NCBI RefSeq assembly: GCF_001194135.2
Contig: NC_068983.1
Span: forward strand, 103,853,205-103,917,204
DNA from: Octopus bimaculoides
Lineage: Eukaryota
Reading direction: 5' to 3'
Length of the DNA: 64,000 nt
Shown here: positions 49,106 through 62,164 of the stretch, piece by piece
Layout of the letters: each line of letters starts with the position of its first letter
How positions within the stretch are numbered: the stretch's first letter is position 1
Position numbers and translations under genes: made by a program
The notes under the pieces: generated by a model
Told to the model about the DNA's origin: nothing
Database searches by the model: none
What the model saw: only the letters and a program-made list of their open reading frames with translations

Positions 49106-49562
49106 CTTTTGGAAAAAAATTTTTGGTATTATTTATTTACCATTACACATGTTTCATTGTGTAATAGGAGTTACAAAGTGTGCTGGCTGCTTTTAACATA
49201 GCAGCAACATAATTGTTGGTCATGTGCATTATAGCACAGTGCTTGAAATAACATTGCAGTTATTTGTGAGTAGATTTGCTTTTCTTTGTAATGTTTCTCT
49301 AGATAGGCTGGGGAAAAAATGATTTTAGCATGCAATTGTAAGCAGTGTTCAAGGGTATTGTTTATATGGATGATTTGGAGGTGATATTCTCCATATAGTA
49401 ACATGGATTGCTGTCACTGAATTCTGCTGGGGAAACAAAAAATGCTCTCATGTTCAGCTAGTCTTTCAGCTTGAGAATTTTTTTTTTGTTGCTGTGTAGA
49501 CAGTGTTTAGATGTAGTCTATGTGAAACCTCTCATAATGTGTAATAAGCTTTTATGTGTTTC

Positions 49563-49697
<135 letters not shown>

Positions 49698-49814
49698 GCC
49701 AGGTAACCATGCACCTCCTCTACAGCAAGACACCTGTTTCTGTCTCTGTCTCACTATAACCTTTCATCATCTGACACACGAGATAACTTCTTCCAATGCC
49801 CCACCTCTCTCACA

Positions 49815-50135
49815 GAATCTTTGTCTTATAAGTTACTTGGTGACTCTGCCATGTAAAAAGCATCCAGTCCACACTGTAAAGTGGTTGCCATTTGGAAGGG
49901 CTTCCAGCTGTAAAAACCATCCAAAACTGACCTTGTCTGTGTTGATGCCAGGTAAAAAACACTCAGTCCACTCAGTTGGGTGGTTGGTGTTAGGAAGGGC
50001 ATCCAGCTGTAAAAACTTTGCCAAAACAGACACAACAGCCTGATGCAGTCTTCTGCTTAGCCAGCTCTTGTCAAATCGTCCATCCCATGCCAGCATGGAA
50101 GGCAGGTGTTAAATGATAATGATGATGATGATGAG
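49815..50135 (+). mobile_element. SINE-D with tandemly duplicated core
   Basis: GTGGTTGCCATTTGGAAGGGCTTCCAGCTGTAAAAAC then GTGGTTGGTGTTAGGAAGGGCATCCAGCTGTAAAAAC about 90 bp apart; (GAT)n tail. Confidence 0.8.
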
Positions 50136-50322
50136 TGCTATGGAAAACCTGGGGCAAAGTCCTTGATGGCTCTAATATATTCTTTTGTATACCATTGCTA
50201 GTATTTCTTTCAGTTAAACTAATGCGGTGTTTGTGAATGCTCAAAACATATTCGGTGTGTCATTTTGCATTTCTTTCTTCTGCCTTCAATGTACTTTGTG
50301 AATGTCATGGAAGTGTTGTATG

Positions 50323-50377
<55 letters not shown>

Positions 50378-50404
50378 TATCATCATCATCATTTTAATGC
50401 CCAC

Positions 50405-50612
50405 TTATTCTATCAAAACCAATGCTTATCTATTCACATTGTTTTGAATTAATGATGCATTATCTTGCAGCTGCAAGGTTTGGATAATGTGATTTTTAGG
50501 TCTTGAGAATGACATTGTAGGGTAGGTGTGAGAGGCCAGATTTAGCCAGTTTAAGCTTAAAACGGAGAATATGTTTGGGCCAGACATGGCCAGTTTAAAT
50601 GCAACAGGATTA
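50405..50612 (+). mobile_element. piggyBac-type MITE, partial (same family as 10275-11411)
   Basis: AATGCTTATCTATTCACATTGTTTTGAATTAAT...AATGACATTGTAGGGTAGGTGTGAGAGGCCAGAT...TTAA. Confidence 0.65.
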
Positions 50613-50821
50613 AGTAAAGTAAATAAGTAACATAGGAAGGTGATGAGTCTCTACAACAATATTTTACTTCAACTTTTGTTAAGACAATGTTAGAATTGTC
50701 ATATTTTTGTCTTGCACTGAGAGTTTTGAGTTTTTAAATTTCCCTATTTGTTTTTGGGTGTCTATTGGAAGGAAGGGTCTCGGTTGAAGATGTATGATTC
50801 TTGTTTAAGGTTCATATCCTT

Positions 50822-51228
50822 TTCACTCTTTTACTCTTTTACTCTTTTACTTGTTTCAGTCATTTGACTGCAGCCATGCTGGAGCACTGCCTTTAGTCGA
50901 GCAAATCGACCCCAGGACTTATTCTTTGGAAGCCTAGTACTTATTCTATTGGTCTCTTTTGCCGAACCGCTAAGTTACAGGGACGTAAACACACCAGCAT
51001 CGGTTGTCAAGCGATGCTGGGGGGATAAACACAGACACACAAACATATACACGCACATACATATATACATATATACGACGGGCTTCATTCAGTTTCCGTC
51101 TACCAAATCCACTCACAAGGCTTTGGTCGGCCCGAGGCTATAGTAGAAGACACTTGCCCAAGGTGCCATGCAGTCAGAATGAACCCAGAACCATGTGGTT
51201 GGTAAGCAAGCTACTTACCACTCCTGCG
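50822..51228 (-). mobile_element. SINE-B, young full length
   Basis: (CTCTTTTA)n tail, intact CpGs, nearly identical to 52207-52708. Confidence 0.92.
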
Positions 51229-51642
51229 ACTATATCATTCTTTTTTTTTTTTTTGGTGGGGTGAGTGATTTTTCAACAAGTGTCTAATAAAACACTTGGT
51301 GTTGCCTTGTGGTTATCTTATTTGAGGTTGTTATTGTGGCATGAGGTGTGATGCAGCCTTCATCATTATTGTTGTTGACGTTGATGAAGCTAATTACCCT
51401 ATATAATAGTGTTTCACTGTTCCTGTTTCAATTAGATACAAAGTTTGTCAGTTTCTTGGTTTTCTATGGGTGTATTATTCATATATATATATTTTATTTA
51501 TCTATTTATTCATTCATTTATTCATTTACTTACTTATTCATTTATTCATTTATTAACTCATTCATTTATGCCTTTTTATATAAACCCCCACCTCACACAC
51601 TGTATCATCCTGGTACTGGCCTTGGTTTGCTGTTGCTGTTGC

Positions 51643-51680
<38 letters not shown>

Positions 51681-51789
51681 TTATTACCATTATTATTATT
51701 ATCATCATCATCATCGTTATCCTTATCATCATCATCATCACCATTATCATCATCATCATCGTCATCATTATTATTATTATTATTATTAA

Positions 51790-51828
<39 letters not shown>

Positions 51829-52109
51829 CATTATCTGTTATTTGTTTGTTTTGTTTGATTCCTTTGACTGATTTCAGTAGCAAGCTAAGTTTTTTTTTTT
51901 TGGCTTTTATGATTATTATTATTTAGATAAGAGGTTACTAACCTCTGGCTCAACTATCCTGCTTTAGTTGGACTTGAGGAATGGTTGGCATTTTCCTATG
52001 TATGACAATTACCAGATGTGCATAAAACTGTCACAAATATGACCAATAACTGATGAAAGCAAACAGGAAGTTAGTTGTTTGAGTGGTCAGAATGTAATGA
52101 CCAAAGTAT

Positions 52110-52205
52110 GAACATCAGTTGCTACCTGGAATGTGCGGATATTAAATCATGATATTGCACAACAGATGGGCATGCATGGACTGATGTGTGTTACAGCAGA
52201 GGATG
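52110..52205 (+). pseudogene. Tiny APE-endonuclease N-terminal remnant (RTE-like)
   Basis: SVATWNVRIL resembles the ATWNVRTL motif. Confidence 0.4.
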
Positions 52206-52206
52206 G

Positions 52207-52708
<502 letters not shown>

Positions 52709-53079
52709 CCAATAGTAAAGAAAATAAAATAGACTATTGACTAATTGACTAATGACTATTGACTAATAACTTAGTTTCCTCTAGTTGGTTGGGGCTGAGC
52801 TCTGTTTTGGTTTAAGGGTATTGTGTTTAAGGTTATTTCAGAATTGGGGTTGTTTTTTATATTGCCCTGTGGGGTATATTTTTTGATGTCATTGTCATTA
52901 TCATTTTCATCATCATCACCGTCATGGTCGTCTTCATCATTGTTATTGTTGTCATTACCCTTGTCATCTTCATGCGCATCATCATTGTCATCACTGTTAT
53001 TGTTGTTGTCATCATCATCATCATCATCATCAACATTGTCATTGTTGTCGTCATTTGTCATTGTCATCTTTGTCATCAT

Positions 53080-53250
53080 CATCATCATTTCAAAATCTGT
53101 CTTCCATACTGGCATGGGTTGAGCAGTTAGACAGGGCATGACAAGTTGGAGGACTGTGTTTGTATTCCAATATCTGCTTTGGCACGGTTTCTATGGCCAA
53201 GTTCCTTTCTAATGCCAACCATTTTACAGAGCATACTGGGGGCTTTTTTC
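53080..53250 (-). mobile_element. Old SINE-D 3' end
   Basis: (CAT)n...TTCCATACTGGCATGGGTTG...TTCCTTTCTAATGCCAACC. Confidence 0.65.
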
Positions 53251-53862
53251 ATGTATATAACTGTTTTGTTGAATATATGTACTACAGTTGTTGTTTAGTC
53301 TCAGTTCAGTCCAATCCATGCAGATCAGAACCATTCAATTTTTTTCTTTTGTGCAGGGAACCCAAGACTACATTATCCAGCATGTTCTTTTTTAAATTTT
53401 TTTCCCAAAACAGTCACATATAATACTGATTCATACATATTGCAGCGTTTGTTAGTGATTGTGATGTTGATTCCTGAAAACCCTGTTTCTCTTTTTGTGA
53501 CAGAATTCATTCCATTGTGCTTTGTAAAAATGGTTTTGCTTTCTTCATTTATGAACAGTTCTCACTCTTTTTGCACCACAGACTGGTTTCATGCAAGACA
53601 ATTTTTCTTTGGACTCAGGGATCACTTGCATAACAAAATACAATAAAATGCATAATATATAATTTAATTATTACATATATATTATTATATGTAATAATTA
53701 TTACATATAAATATATATATATATACATTTTTATATATGTATATATATGTACATTACATGAAAAGGATGGCCCAAAAGTCACAAAAGGTGTTAATAATTC
53801 ATTTATGCTATTTTAAATTTATGCTAATTTAGCACTACATATAATATATATATATGTATATA

Positions 53863-53918
<56 letters not shown>

Positions 53919-53965
53919 TGCATATATATAGAGAGAAAGACACACACATGCATATNNNNNNNNNN

Positions 53966-54034
<69 letters not shown>

Positions 54035-54194
54035 CATACAGAAAATATATGTACATTAGGAGTGAAGAGTCATATTTTGTGAATTGCAAATAAAAATAAT
54101 ATATAATTAAAACAAATTTATTAAACTTTTAGGCCCAATGCAAAAACACACTACAGATTGCAATTGTCAATAAAATAGAATTTTAAAAATTTAT

Positions 54195-54268
54195 TCTTTC
54201 TGTGTGGCCTGGTGCCAAATGATTCATGACTCAATACTGGTCCATGGCCCAATGGTTGAGGACCCCTG
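54195..54268. mobile_element. hAT/Charlie-like terminal fragment
   Basis: GGTCCATGGCCCAATGGTTGAGGACCCCTG resembles hAT-Charlie MITE ends (CAGGGGTCCCCAACC reverse complement). Confidence 0.4.
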
Positions 54269-54329
54269 TTTTAGAGGATAATTGGTACGTAGTCTGAGTT
54301 AAGTTAGAGGATTTTTTTCCAAGTAGTTG

Positions 54330-55140
54330 TAGTAGCTAAATGTGCAGAGAAGAAAGTAGTGTTTGGGGAAGAGATGTTGCAGTTGAGTTTGGTGAGTAAA
54401 TATGTATTGGTGTAGATTATCTAGGATGTAAAGGGAGTCTGGTTCTTATGCAATTATCTTACACCCTGGTATCTGTGCTACCAGAAGTGAAGATTTAGAA
54501 AATGTAATCAATGAACATTTTGGCAGAAGTATGGGCATATAGAAAGAAGCTTGCATTACAGTCTAGTTCTAGTTTGAGTCCATCATATGAAACTGCTCAG
54601 GAAGGGTTTACTGCAATAGCTTCAGGCTGGTTCAAACTTTGAGCATGAAATCAGACAGATAGAAACTCTGTAAGCTTGTTGAATGGGCTGTTCATGTTGT
54701 CTGGAAGTTGATTTAATCAGTTGTTCAGTTTAATAACACCACATGACTTTTGGCAGTCATAAGTGAGCTTCATTCTGTTGCAGGTATTAGGATTAGGTCT
54801 GGTTCCTGGTTTGAAGATAAACTATGAATTTATGATTTTAGTTTCTCAATCTATGCAGAAAACATCACGGGAATAGTTATTCACCTTCTGATTAGATGTA
54901 ATCAATGTAAACATCAATGTAAATCGATGACATGGTATCAGGGGCAGGCTGAGAGAAAAGGAGGATTTAATATATAGCAGATGCATGGAAGTAGTAAGCC
55001 GATTATAGAAATGGATGTTAGAAGCTCGGGATACACTAAGGTCTAAGAAGTTAAAGGCTGAGAAAGTGAGACTAAACATTATAAGCCAACCCTCTCTGTG
55101 AAATGAAATGTACAGGCGTACCATAGCCTTGTGCACCCCC
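54330..55140 (-). pseudogene. Old Penelope-like RT/thumb remnant
   Basis: FSLTFSAFNFLDLSVS...HLLYIKSSF resembles the PLE RT motif-7 region (NFLDLTI); heavily decayed downstream. Confidence 0.5.
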
Positions 55141-55479
55141 TATTTCTATCACTGTAGTTAGCAGTGAGATCACCCATGTAATTGATAATTTCTGTTATCT
55201 AGGTGATCTAATTAGCAGTTGAGTATAGTAACTACTGTTATAATAGTTTAGAAAAAGGGAGTTGTTACCTTAGCTGGCAGCAAGGGGATTCACTTTAATA
55301 GAAAAGCATATTGCATGATGCATGTATACAAAATATGATGCTGCATGACAGTTAAAAGTAATGAAATATGTGCATCGAATTTGAAAAACCTGGAAAGATA
55401 AACTGATTATTCTCTGTTGGTGTGTAATGTTAGTGTGAATAAATGATAGAAGCAAAATAGGTAGAGAGGAAAAAATAGG

Positions 55480-55780
55480 TATAAGAGGAATCAGATACAG
55501 AATGCAAGAAAGGTGACTGAGCTAGTATGGACATGTGATATATACGGGGGAAGGAGGAGTAAAGAATTGCCAAAGAATCTAAGTTAGAAGGAACAGGTGC
55601 AAGAGGAAGAACAATGAAAATATGGGAAGAAAATGTGAAAGCTGATCTTAGAAGGTTTAACCTCATAAAGAAGCTGACAAAACATCACAACTTGTTGCAA
55701 GAAACTGTGCTGGAAAAGATACATCAAGCCCATGCAAATGGAAAAATGGGTATAAAAGGATAATGATGATGATGATGATA
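55480..55780 (+). mobile_element. RTE LINE extreme 3' end with (GAT)n tail
   Basis: GIRYRMQER...YGHV...GTGARGRTMKIWEENVKADLRRFNL; tail CCCATGCAAATGGAAAAATGGGTATAAAAGGATAATGATG. Confidence 0.75.
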
Positions 55781-55850
55781 TATGTGTGTGTGTGTGTGTG
55801 TATTTGTATGTATGTACATGTATGTGTCTGTTTAGACACACATGTATATA

Positions 55851-57097
55851 CAGAGTGTGATGAGTAAATTGTCACCATTTTATATTTTCAATTGTTTGTT
55901 TTTGATTTTGTTGACTACACAGTATAGTAGGGTCATTTGGACACTGACTGTGAGAAAAACAATACCATGAAACAATTCACTCTGCCAGAAATTTGGAAAT
56001 GACATGCAGTTCTGCTTGGTATTTGCACTGGAAGCTCCAATACAAGCATTTCAGAGTGTTTGGGTGTCAATCCGCGGATAGTGCAGAGGATTCAGAAAGA
56101 GTTGGATGAGTTTAATGGTGATTATGAAGGTATAGCAGCTTGGAAAACTCACTCTGATCCTTCTGATGAGAAAAGAACTCCTGAATTTGTTGGTTAGATC
56201 CAGGCCAAGATTGACAACGATCCCTCCTAGTCAATTAGGTCCATCATCAGGCACATGAGAGGGTCTGAGTTTCTTATCAGGCAGGTAGTGCATGAAGACA
56301 TTCAGTATTCCTCATACAAGATGAGAAGGGGCCAATTTTTATCCCAAGCCATCAAGAACAAGAGGAAAGACTGTGCTATGAAGCTTTTGAACATGCTTTG
56401 GATTTTCTCAAATGAGAAAAAAGTTTCTGCAAGGATCAGATGGTGAACAACAGAATAACTATTGGCTTGTGCTATGTCCCCAAAATATGTACCAAGCGGG
56501 ATAAAAATCAAACATCCAGTCAACATCATGGTGTTTGGAGTGATCACTAGTGATGGCGATGTTATGCCTCTATTCATCTTCCCACATGGCTTCACACTCA
56601 AATTGGAGGCCTACATCAAGTGCCTGGAGGAGGTAGTGCTGCCCTGGGCCAAGAGGATGGCTGCTGGAAGACCCTATGTCTGGTAATACAACTCTGCACC
56701 ATGCCACACAAGCAGGTGAACCCAGTCATGGTTCTCAGACAATTTCTGTAGCCACATCACCCCTAACATCTGGCCACCAGACTGCAAACTCCTTGGTTAT
56801 TATGTGTACGATATAGTTGAACGAGAGACCAACAAAACTCTTTGTAACACCAAAGATGAACTGAAGGCAAGGATTATGACAGCATTCACCATCTTAAACA
56901 AAGAGACCATCCAGAAGAGTTGCAGGAGATTCCAAAGTCGTCTGGAGGCCGTGTTTGAAGCCAATGGCAATTTTATTTACTCTTTAGAATTTCAAGATAT
57001 TTTAATGTAATTTTGGTAAATATATCTGTTAAAATGTGATGTCAGTGTTATTTTCATTTTTGCTTAATTTAGACGACAATTTATTCAGCACACCCTG
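55851..57097 (+). mobile_element. Full-length DD37D/maT (Tc1/mariner) transposon, inactivated
   Basis: TA TSDs (55849-50, 57098-99), TIRs CAGAGTGTGATGAGTAAATTGTC / GACAATTTATTCAGCACACCCTG; transposase from ATG 55967: WIFSNEKK...HPVNIMVFGVITSDGDVMP...NSAPCH...IWPP-DCKLLGYYVYDIVERETN; several stops and frameshifts. Confidence 0.92.
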
Positions 57098-57114
57098 TAG
57101 ATGTATGTGTGTAT

Positions 57115-57478
57115 ATTCTTTTACTCTTTAACTTGTTTCAGTCAGTTGACTGCAGCCATGCTAGAGCACCACCTTGAAGGGTTTTAGTTGAGCAAATGGA
57201 TCCTAGGACTTATTTTTTAAGTCTAGTACTTATTCTATCAGTCTCTTTTTCTAAACTACTAAGTTATGAGGTCATAAACACAGCAACATTAATTGTCAAG
57301 CAGTAATTGGGTAACAAAGACATATACACACACACACACATGACAAGCTTTATTCAGTTTCTGTCTACCAAATCCACTCACAAGGCTTTGGTCAGCCTGA
57401 GGCTATGATGGAAGACACTTGCCAAAGGTGCAACACAGTGGGACTGAACCTAGAACCAAGTGTTTGAGAAGCAAGAGT
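57115..57478 (-). mobile_element. SINE-B
   Basis: CTTTTACTCTTTAACTTGTTTCAGTC...GTGGGACTGAACCTAGAACC. Confidence 0.85.
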
Positions 57479-58335
57479 AGTGTTTATCACCACTTTAACA
57501 AAGGTGTTCTCTAAGAGACTATGATAGTGCCGTTTTAACCTCAGGAAGACATCTCCTCCAACTGGTTTATTCAGTGCACTTCCAATACTTGATATTTATT
57601 GCAAGCAGGAGATAACTCCTACCACCCCAGCTTCAAGGCCACCAAACCCCGTGATTTCAATCTTATTGTATCTCTTCGGTGGTGGGCACTCATTTGCCAG
57701 GCATGTAGTTTAACCTCGATTGCAATATATAGAAAATAGTGTCATATACAATCACTGATTTTGTTACTAAGAAACTAGTCCATTAGAAAATTTCTGTTTG
57801 AGATAGAAGCAGTATACAAACCAAAAAGTATTGCTTATGGCCACTTTAAAGTGGCTGACCTCTAAGAGATGATGATATAGACATTTAATTTCAGGAAGAC
57901 ATCTCCTCCAACTGGTTTATTCAGTGTGCCTCTTGCACTCAATATTTATTGCCAGCGGGAGATAACTCCTGCCACTCTAGCTCTGAGAAATGCATCGTTT
58001 CAATCTGTATTGTATCTCCTCAGTGGTGGGTACTCATTCACCAGGCATGGCACCAGTTTACCTTTCTTGCAATATATAGAAAATACGTCATACAGCCACT
58101 GATTTTGTAATTTAGGACACTAGTCTGTTAGAAAATCTCTGTTCAAGATAAAAGCAGTATACGAACTAAAAGGTAGTGTTTATTGCCACTTTACTGTGGC
58201 TGTTTTCTAAGAGATGATGATAGTGCTGTTTTAACCCCAGGAAGATGTCTCCTCCAGCTGGTTTATTCAGTGCGCTTTCTGCACTTGATATTTATTGCAA
58301 GTGGAAGATAACTCCTGCCACCCTAGCATCGAGAC
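57478..58335. repeat. ~350-bp tandem repeat, about 2.5 units
   Basis: TCAGGAAGACATCTCCTCCAACTGGTTTATTCAGTG at 57541 and 57891, variant at 58237 (periods 350 and 346). Confidence 0.92.
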
Positions 58336-58450
58336 CACCTGACCATGTAATTTTGGTCTTATTACATCTCTTAATATATATATATACATATGAAACCTCT
58401 GTGAAAATAAAACTGCCTTGACTTGATGGCATTATTGTGTGTGTGCATGT

Positions 58451-58481
<31 letters not shown>

Positions 58482-61092
58482 TGTGTGTGTGGGTGTGTGG
58501 GTGTGTGTGTGTGTGTGTGTGTGAATGCATGAGTGAATGAGTGTGTCAATGAGGAAATATGGTAAAAAGGTTAATTTGTGGGTGTGTCAAAATATGGATA
58601 AGGACTGGATTGTATGTGTGTTACTTATGATGGTTGGCTGTTTAAGCTGTGTGTCAGTTTATCTGTTTGTTAGTCTTTCCGTCTGTCTGTCTGTCTGTTT
58701 GGCTAGCTGGTTGGTTGGCCTGCTGGATGGCTGGCTGGTAGAGGCAAAGGATAATAGCACTTTGGAGAATACTTCAATTAGTAGTAGTAGACAGGAATCT
58801 TATTTTGCATTGATGAACAAGATAGGAACTTCCTCTCTATCAAGATAACATCTTCCTATTTTCACTCAGTGCTCTTTTGAGATGTTTACACTGAAATCAC
58901 AGCTTATATGTGTAAATAAATACATTGTATATTTATATTTATGTATGTACATATATGTATGTGTATCNNNNNNNNNNNNNNNNNNNNNNNNNNNNNNNNN
59001 NNNNNNNNNNNNNNNNNNNNNNNNNNNNNNNNNNNNNNNNNNNNNNNNNNNNNNNNNNNNNNNNNNNNNNNNNNNNNNNNNNNNNNNNNNNNNNNNNNNN
59101 NNNNNNNNNNNNNNNNNNNNNNNNNNNNNNNNNNNNNNNNNNNNNNNNNNNNNNNNNNNNNNNNNNNNNNNNNNNNNNNNNNNNNNNNNNNNNNNNNNNN
59201 NNNNNNNNNNNNNNNNNNNNNNNNNNNNNNNNNNNNNNNNNNNNNNNNNNNNNNNNNNNNNNNNNNNNNNNNNNNNNNNNNNNNNNNNNNNNNNNNNNNN
59301 NNNNNNNNNNNNNNNNNNNNNTATATATATATATATGTACACAGACAGTTATCTATACACTCACCTACCTATTTTATGTCATGCTTCTATTTTGACAATC
59401 ATCAAGTTACAGATTCTCTGATGCATGATAGTAGAGTTATGTTTTCTTTCCTGGAAATTTTTTTCCATTCCAGAATGGATGACAACTGCTGATAGATACA
59501 TAGATTTAGAAATAGATAAATAGATGGTTTGATGGATAGATAGATGGATGGATAGATAGATAGATATATAGACAGATAGAGGAGTTCTTTAAAGAGCAGG
59601 CAATTGTTTGAATATAAGGAAGCAGATATATTCTCTCTTTATTTATAAGTGACACAGATAGTGAGACAGATAAATAGACAGACATACAAACAGATAGATT
59701 AATAAATTGATTTATACATAGATAGGTTGATAGACAGACAGACAGACAGACAAATAGATATTTTGATAGACAGATAACAGATAAACAGATAGATTGACAC
59801 AGACAGAAAGACAACAGATAGATAGATGGATAGATGAATTTTTCCTTTATTATTGATAATAAATTAGTGCAAGCACTTAAAGTTTCACAGTAAATAGTAC
59901 AATATTCTGAGAATAGAATGAGAGTAAAATGATGAACAATATATATNNNNNNNNNNNNNNNNNNNNNNNNNNNNNNNNNNNNNNNNNNNNNNNNNNNNNN
60001 NNNNNNNNNNNNNNNNNNNNNNNNNNNNNNNNNNNNNNNNNNNNNNNNNNNNNNNNNNNNNNNNNNNNNNNNNNNNNNNNNNNNNNNNNNNNNNNNNNNN
60101 NNNNNNNNNNNNNNNNNNNNNNNNNNNNNNNNNNNNNNNNNNNNNNNNNNNNNNNNNNNNNNNNNNNNNNNNNNNNNNNNNNNNNNNNNNNNNNNNNNNN
60201 NNNNNNNNNNNNNNNNNNNNNNNNNNNNNNNNNNNNNNNNNNNNNNNNNNNNNNNNNNNNNNNNNNNNNNNNNNNNNNNNNNNNNNNNNNNNNNNNNNNN
60301 NNNNNNNNNNNNNNNNNNNNNNNNNNNNNNNNNNNNNNNNNNNNNNNNNNNNNNNNNNNNNNNNNNNNNNNNNNNNNNNNNNNNNNNNNNNNNNNNNNNN
60401 NNNNNNNNNNNNNNNNNNNNNNNNNNNNNNNNNNNNNNNNNNNNNNNNNNNNNNNNNNNNNNNNNNNNNNNNNNNNNNNNNNNNNNNNNNNNNNNNNNNN
60501 NNNNNNNNNNNNNNNNNNNNNNNNNNNNNNNNNNNNNNNNNNNNNNNNNNNNNNNNNNNNNNNNNNNNNNNNNNNNNNNNNNNNNNNNNNNNNNNNNNNN
60601 NNNNNNNNNNNNNNNNNNNNNNNNNNNNNNNNNNNNNNNNNNNNNNNNNNNNNNNNNNNNNNNNNNNNNNNNNNNNNNNNNNNNNNNNNNNNNNNNNNNN
60701 NNNNNNNNNNNNNNNNNNNNNNNNNNNNNNNNNNNNNNNNNNNNNNNNNNNNNNNNNNNNNNNNNNNNNNNNNNNNNNNNNNNNNNNNNNNNNNNNNNNN
60801 NNNNNNNNNNNNNNNNNNNNNNNNNNNNNNNNNNNNNNNNNNNNNNNNNNNNNNNNNNNNNNNNNNNNNNNNNNNNNNNNNNNNNNNNNNNNNNNNNNAT
60901 ATTATGTTGAAACGAAACTATAACTTCTAAATAATTTAGTGTTAAATAAGTTATCTATTAAAAATAATCTATAAAGAACCAAATGAATAATATAAAAAAC
61001 AAGAATACATATTATTTTCAAATAGTAGAAAATCTTTAGCAAAGTAAAAAACAGTACTTATCCAAATTTTTCCGTATATATATATATATATA

Positions 61093-61569
61093 CTAGCAGC
61101 TAATCCCGGTTTCACCCGGTCAGTTTGGCTGATGTGGCTGTAAAACCTGCGCTGTGTAAGCATTCGACTTGTTTGGACACACTTATGTTAAAAAACAATT
61201 TTAGAACGACTTTTTACTGTCAAAACGCTAAACATAACTAACCAACAAAAAAAAAAACAACCAAGATTTAACCAAATCAAAAAATAAACCCAAATACTAA
61301 GCAAAGATGAACCATCCCACTTCCATTGTGTGCACGTGCGCACACACACACAAACACCCATGCACACACGCACACACGCATGCACATTCACATACCCCCT
61401 TTTACATACACACATATATTCACACAGAGTTAAAACGCTGTTTGATTTATTTTTTCTGCGTACAATTTTCATCATCCCACTACCATGTATGACATCACCC
61501 CTTCCTTCCTTATTCATCTATCACCCCTTCCTTTCTCATTCATGAACACAAGAGTATTATTATAGTAGA
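61093..61569 (-). mobile_element. Non-autonomous Helitron, 477 bp
   Basis: Minus strand A|TCTACTATAATAATA...CCGG(GTGAAA)CCGG-GATTAGCTG-CTAG|T: 5' TC, subterminal GC hairpin, 3' CTAG, A/T insertion site, no TSD, internal CA-rich repeat. Confidence 0.8.
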
Positions 61570-61761
61570 TTATCTCGGTAACCATGAGAGCTATGAAAAA
61601 AATACAAAGCCCAGCATTACTACCAGATCATTCAACACATCTGTGTAATTTTTCATGCAATTCCACCCAGCCGTTTGACTGTGAATCCCAAGACAAGAAT
61701 TTCCCATGTCAAATTTATATGTATAGATATATGTGTGTGTGTGTGTGTGTGTGTGCATCTA

Positions 61762-62152
61762 TCCTTTTACTTCTTTACTTGTTTCAATCATTTGATTGCA
61801 GTCATGCTGGAGCACTGCCTTTAGTCAAATGAATCGACCCCAGGACTTATTCTTTGTAAGCCTAGTACTTATTCTATCAGTCTCTTTTGCTGAACCACTA
61901 AGTTACGGGGGACGTAAACACACCAACATTGGTTGTCAAGTGATGGTGGTGGGGACAAACACAGACACACAAACATATACATATATATACGACGAGCTTC
62001 TTTGAGTTTCCATTGACAAAATCCACTCACAAGGCTTTAATCAACCCGAGGCTATAGTAGAAGATACTTGCCCAAAGTGCCATGCAGTGGAATGAACCTG
62101 GAACCATGTGGTTGGGAAACAAGCTTCTTACCGCATAGCCACGACTGTGCCT
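61762..62152 (-). mobile_element. SINE-B
   Basis: CTTTTACTTCTTTACTTGTTTC...CCGCATAGCCACGACTGTGCC. Confidence 0.88.
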
Positions 62153-62164
62153 ATATGTATATAT

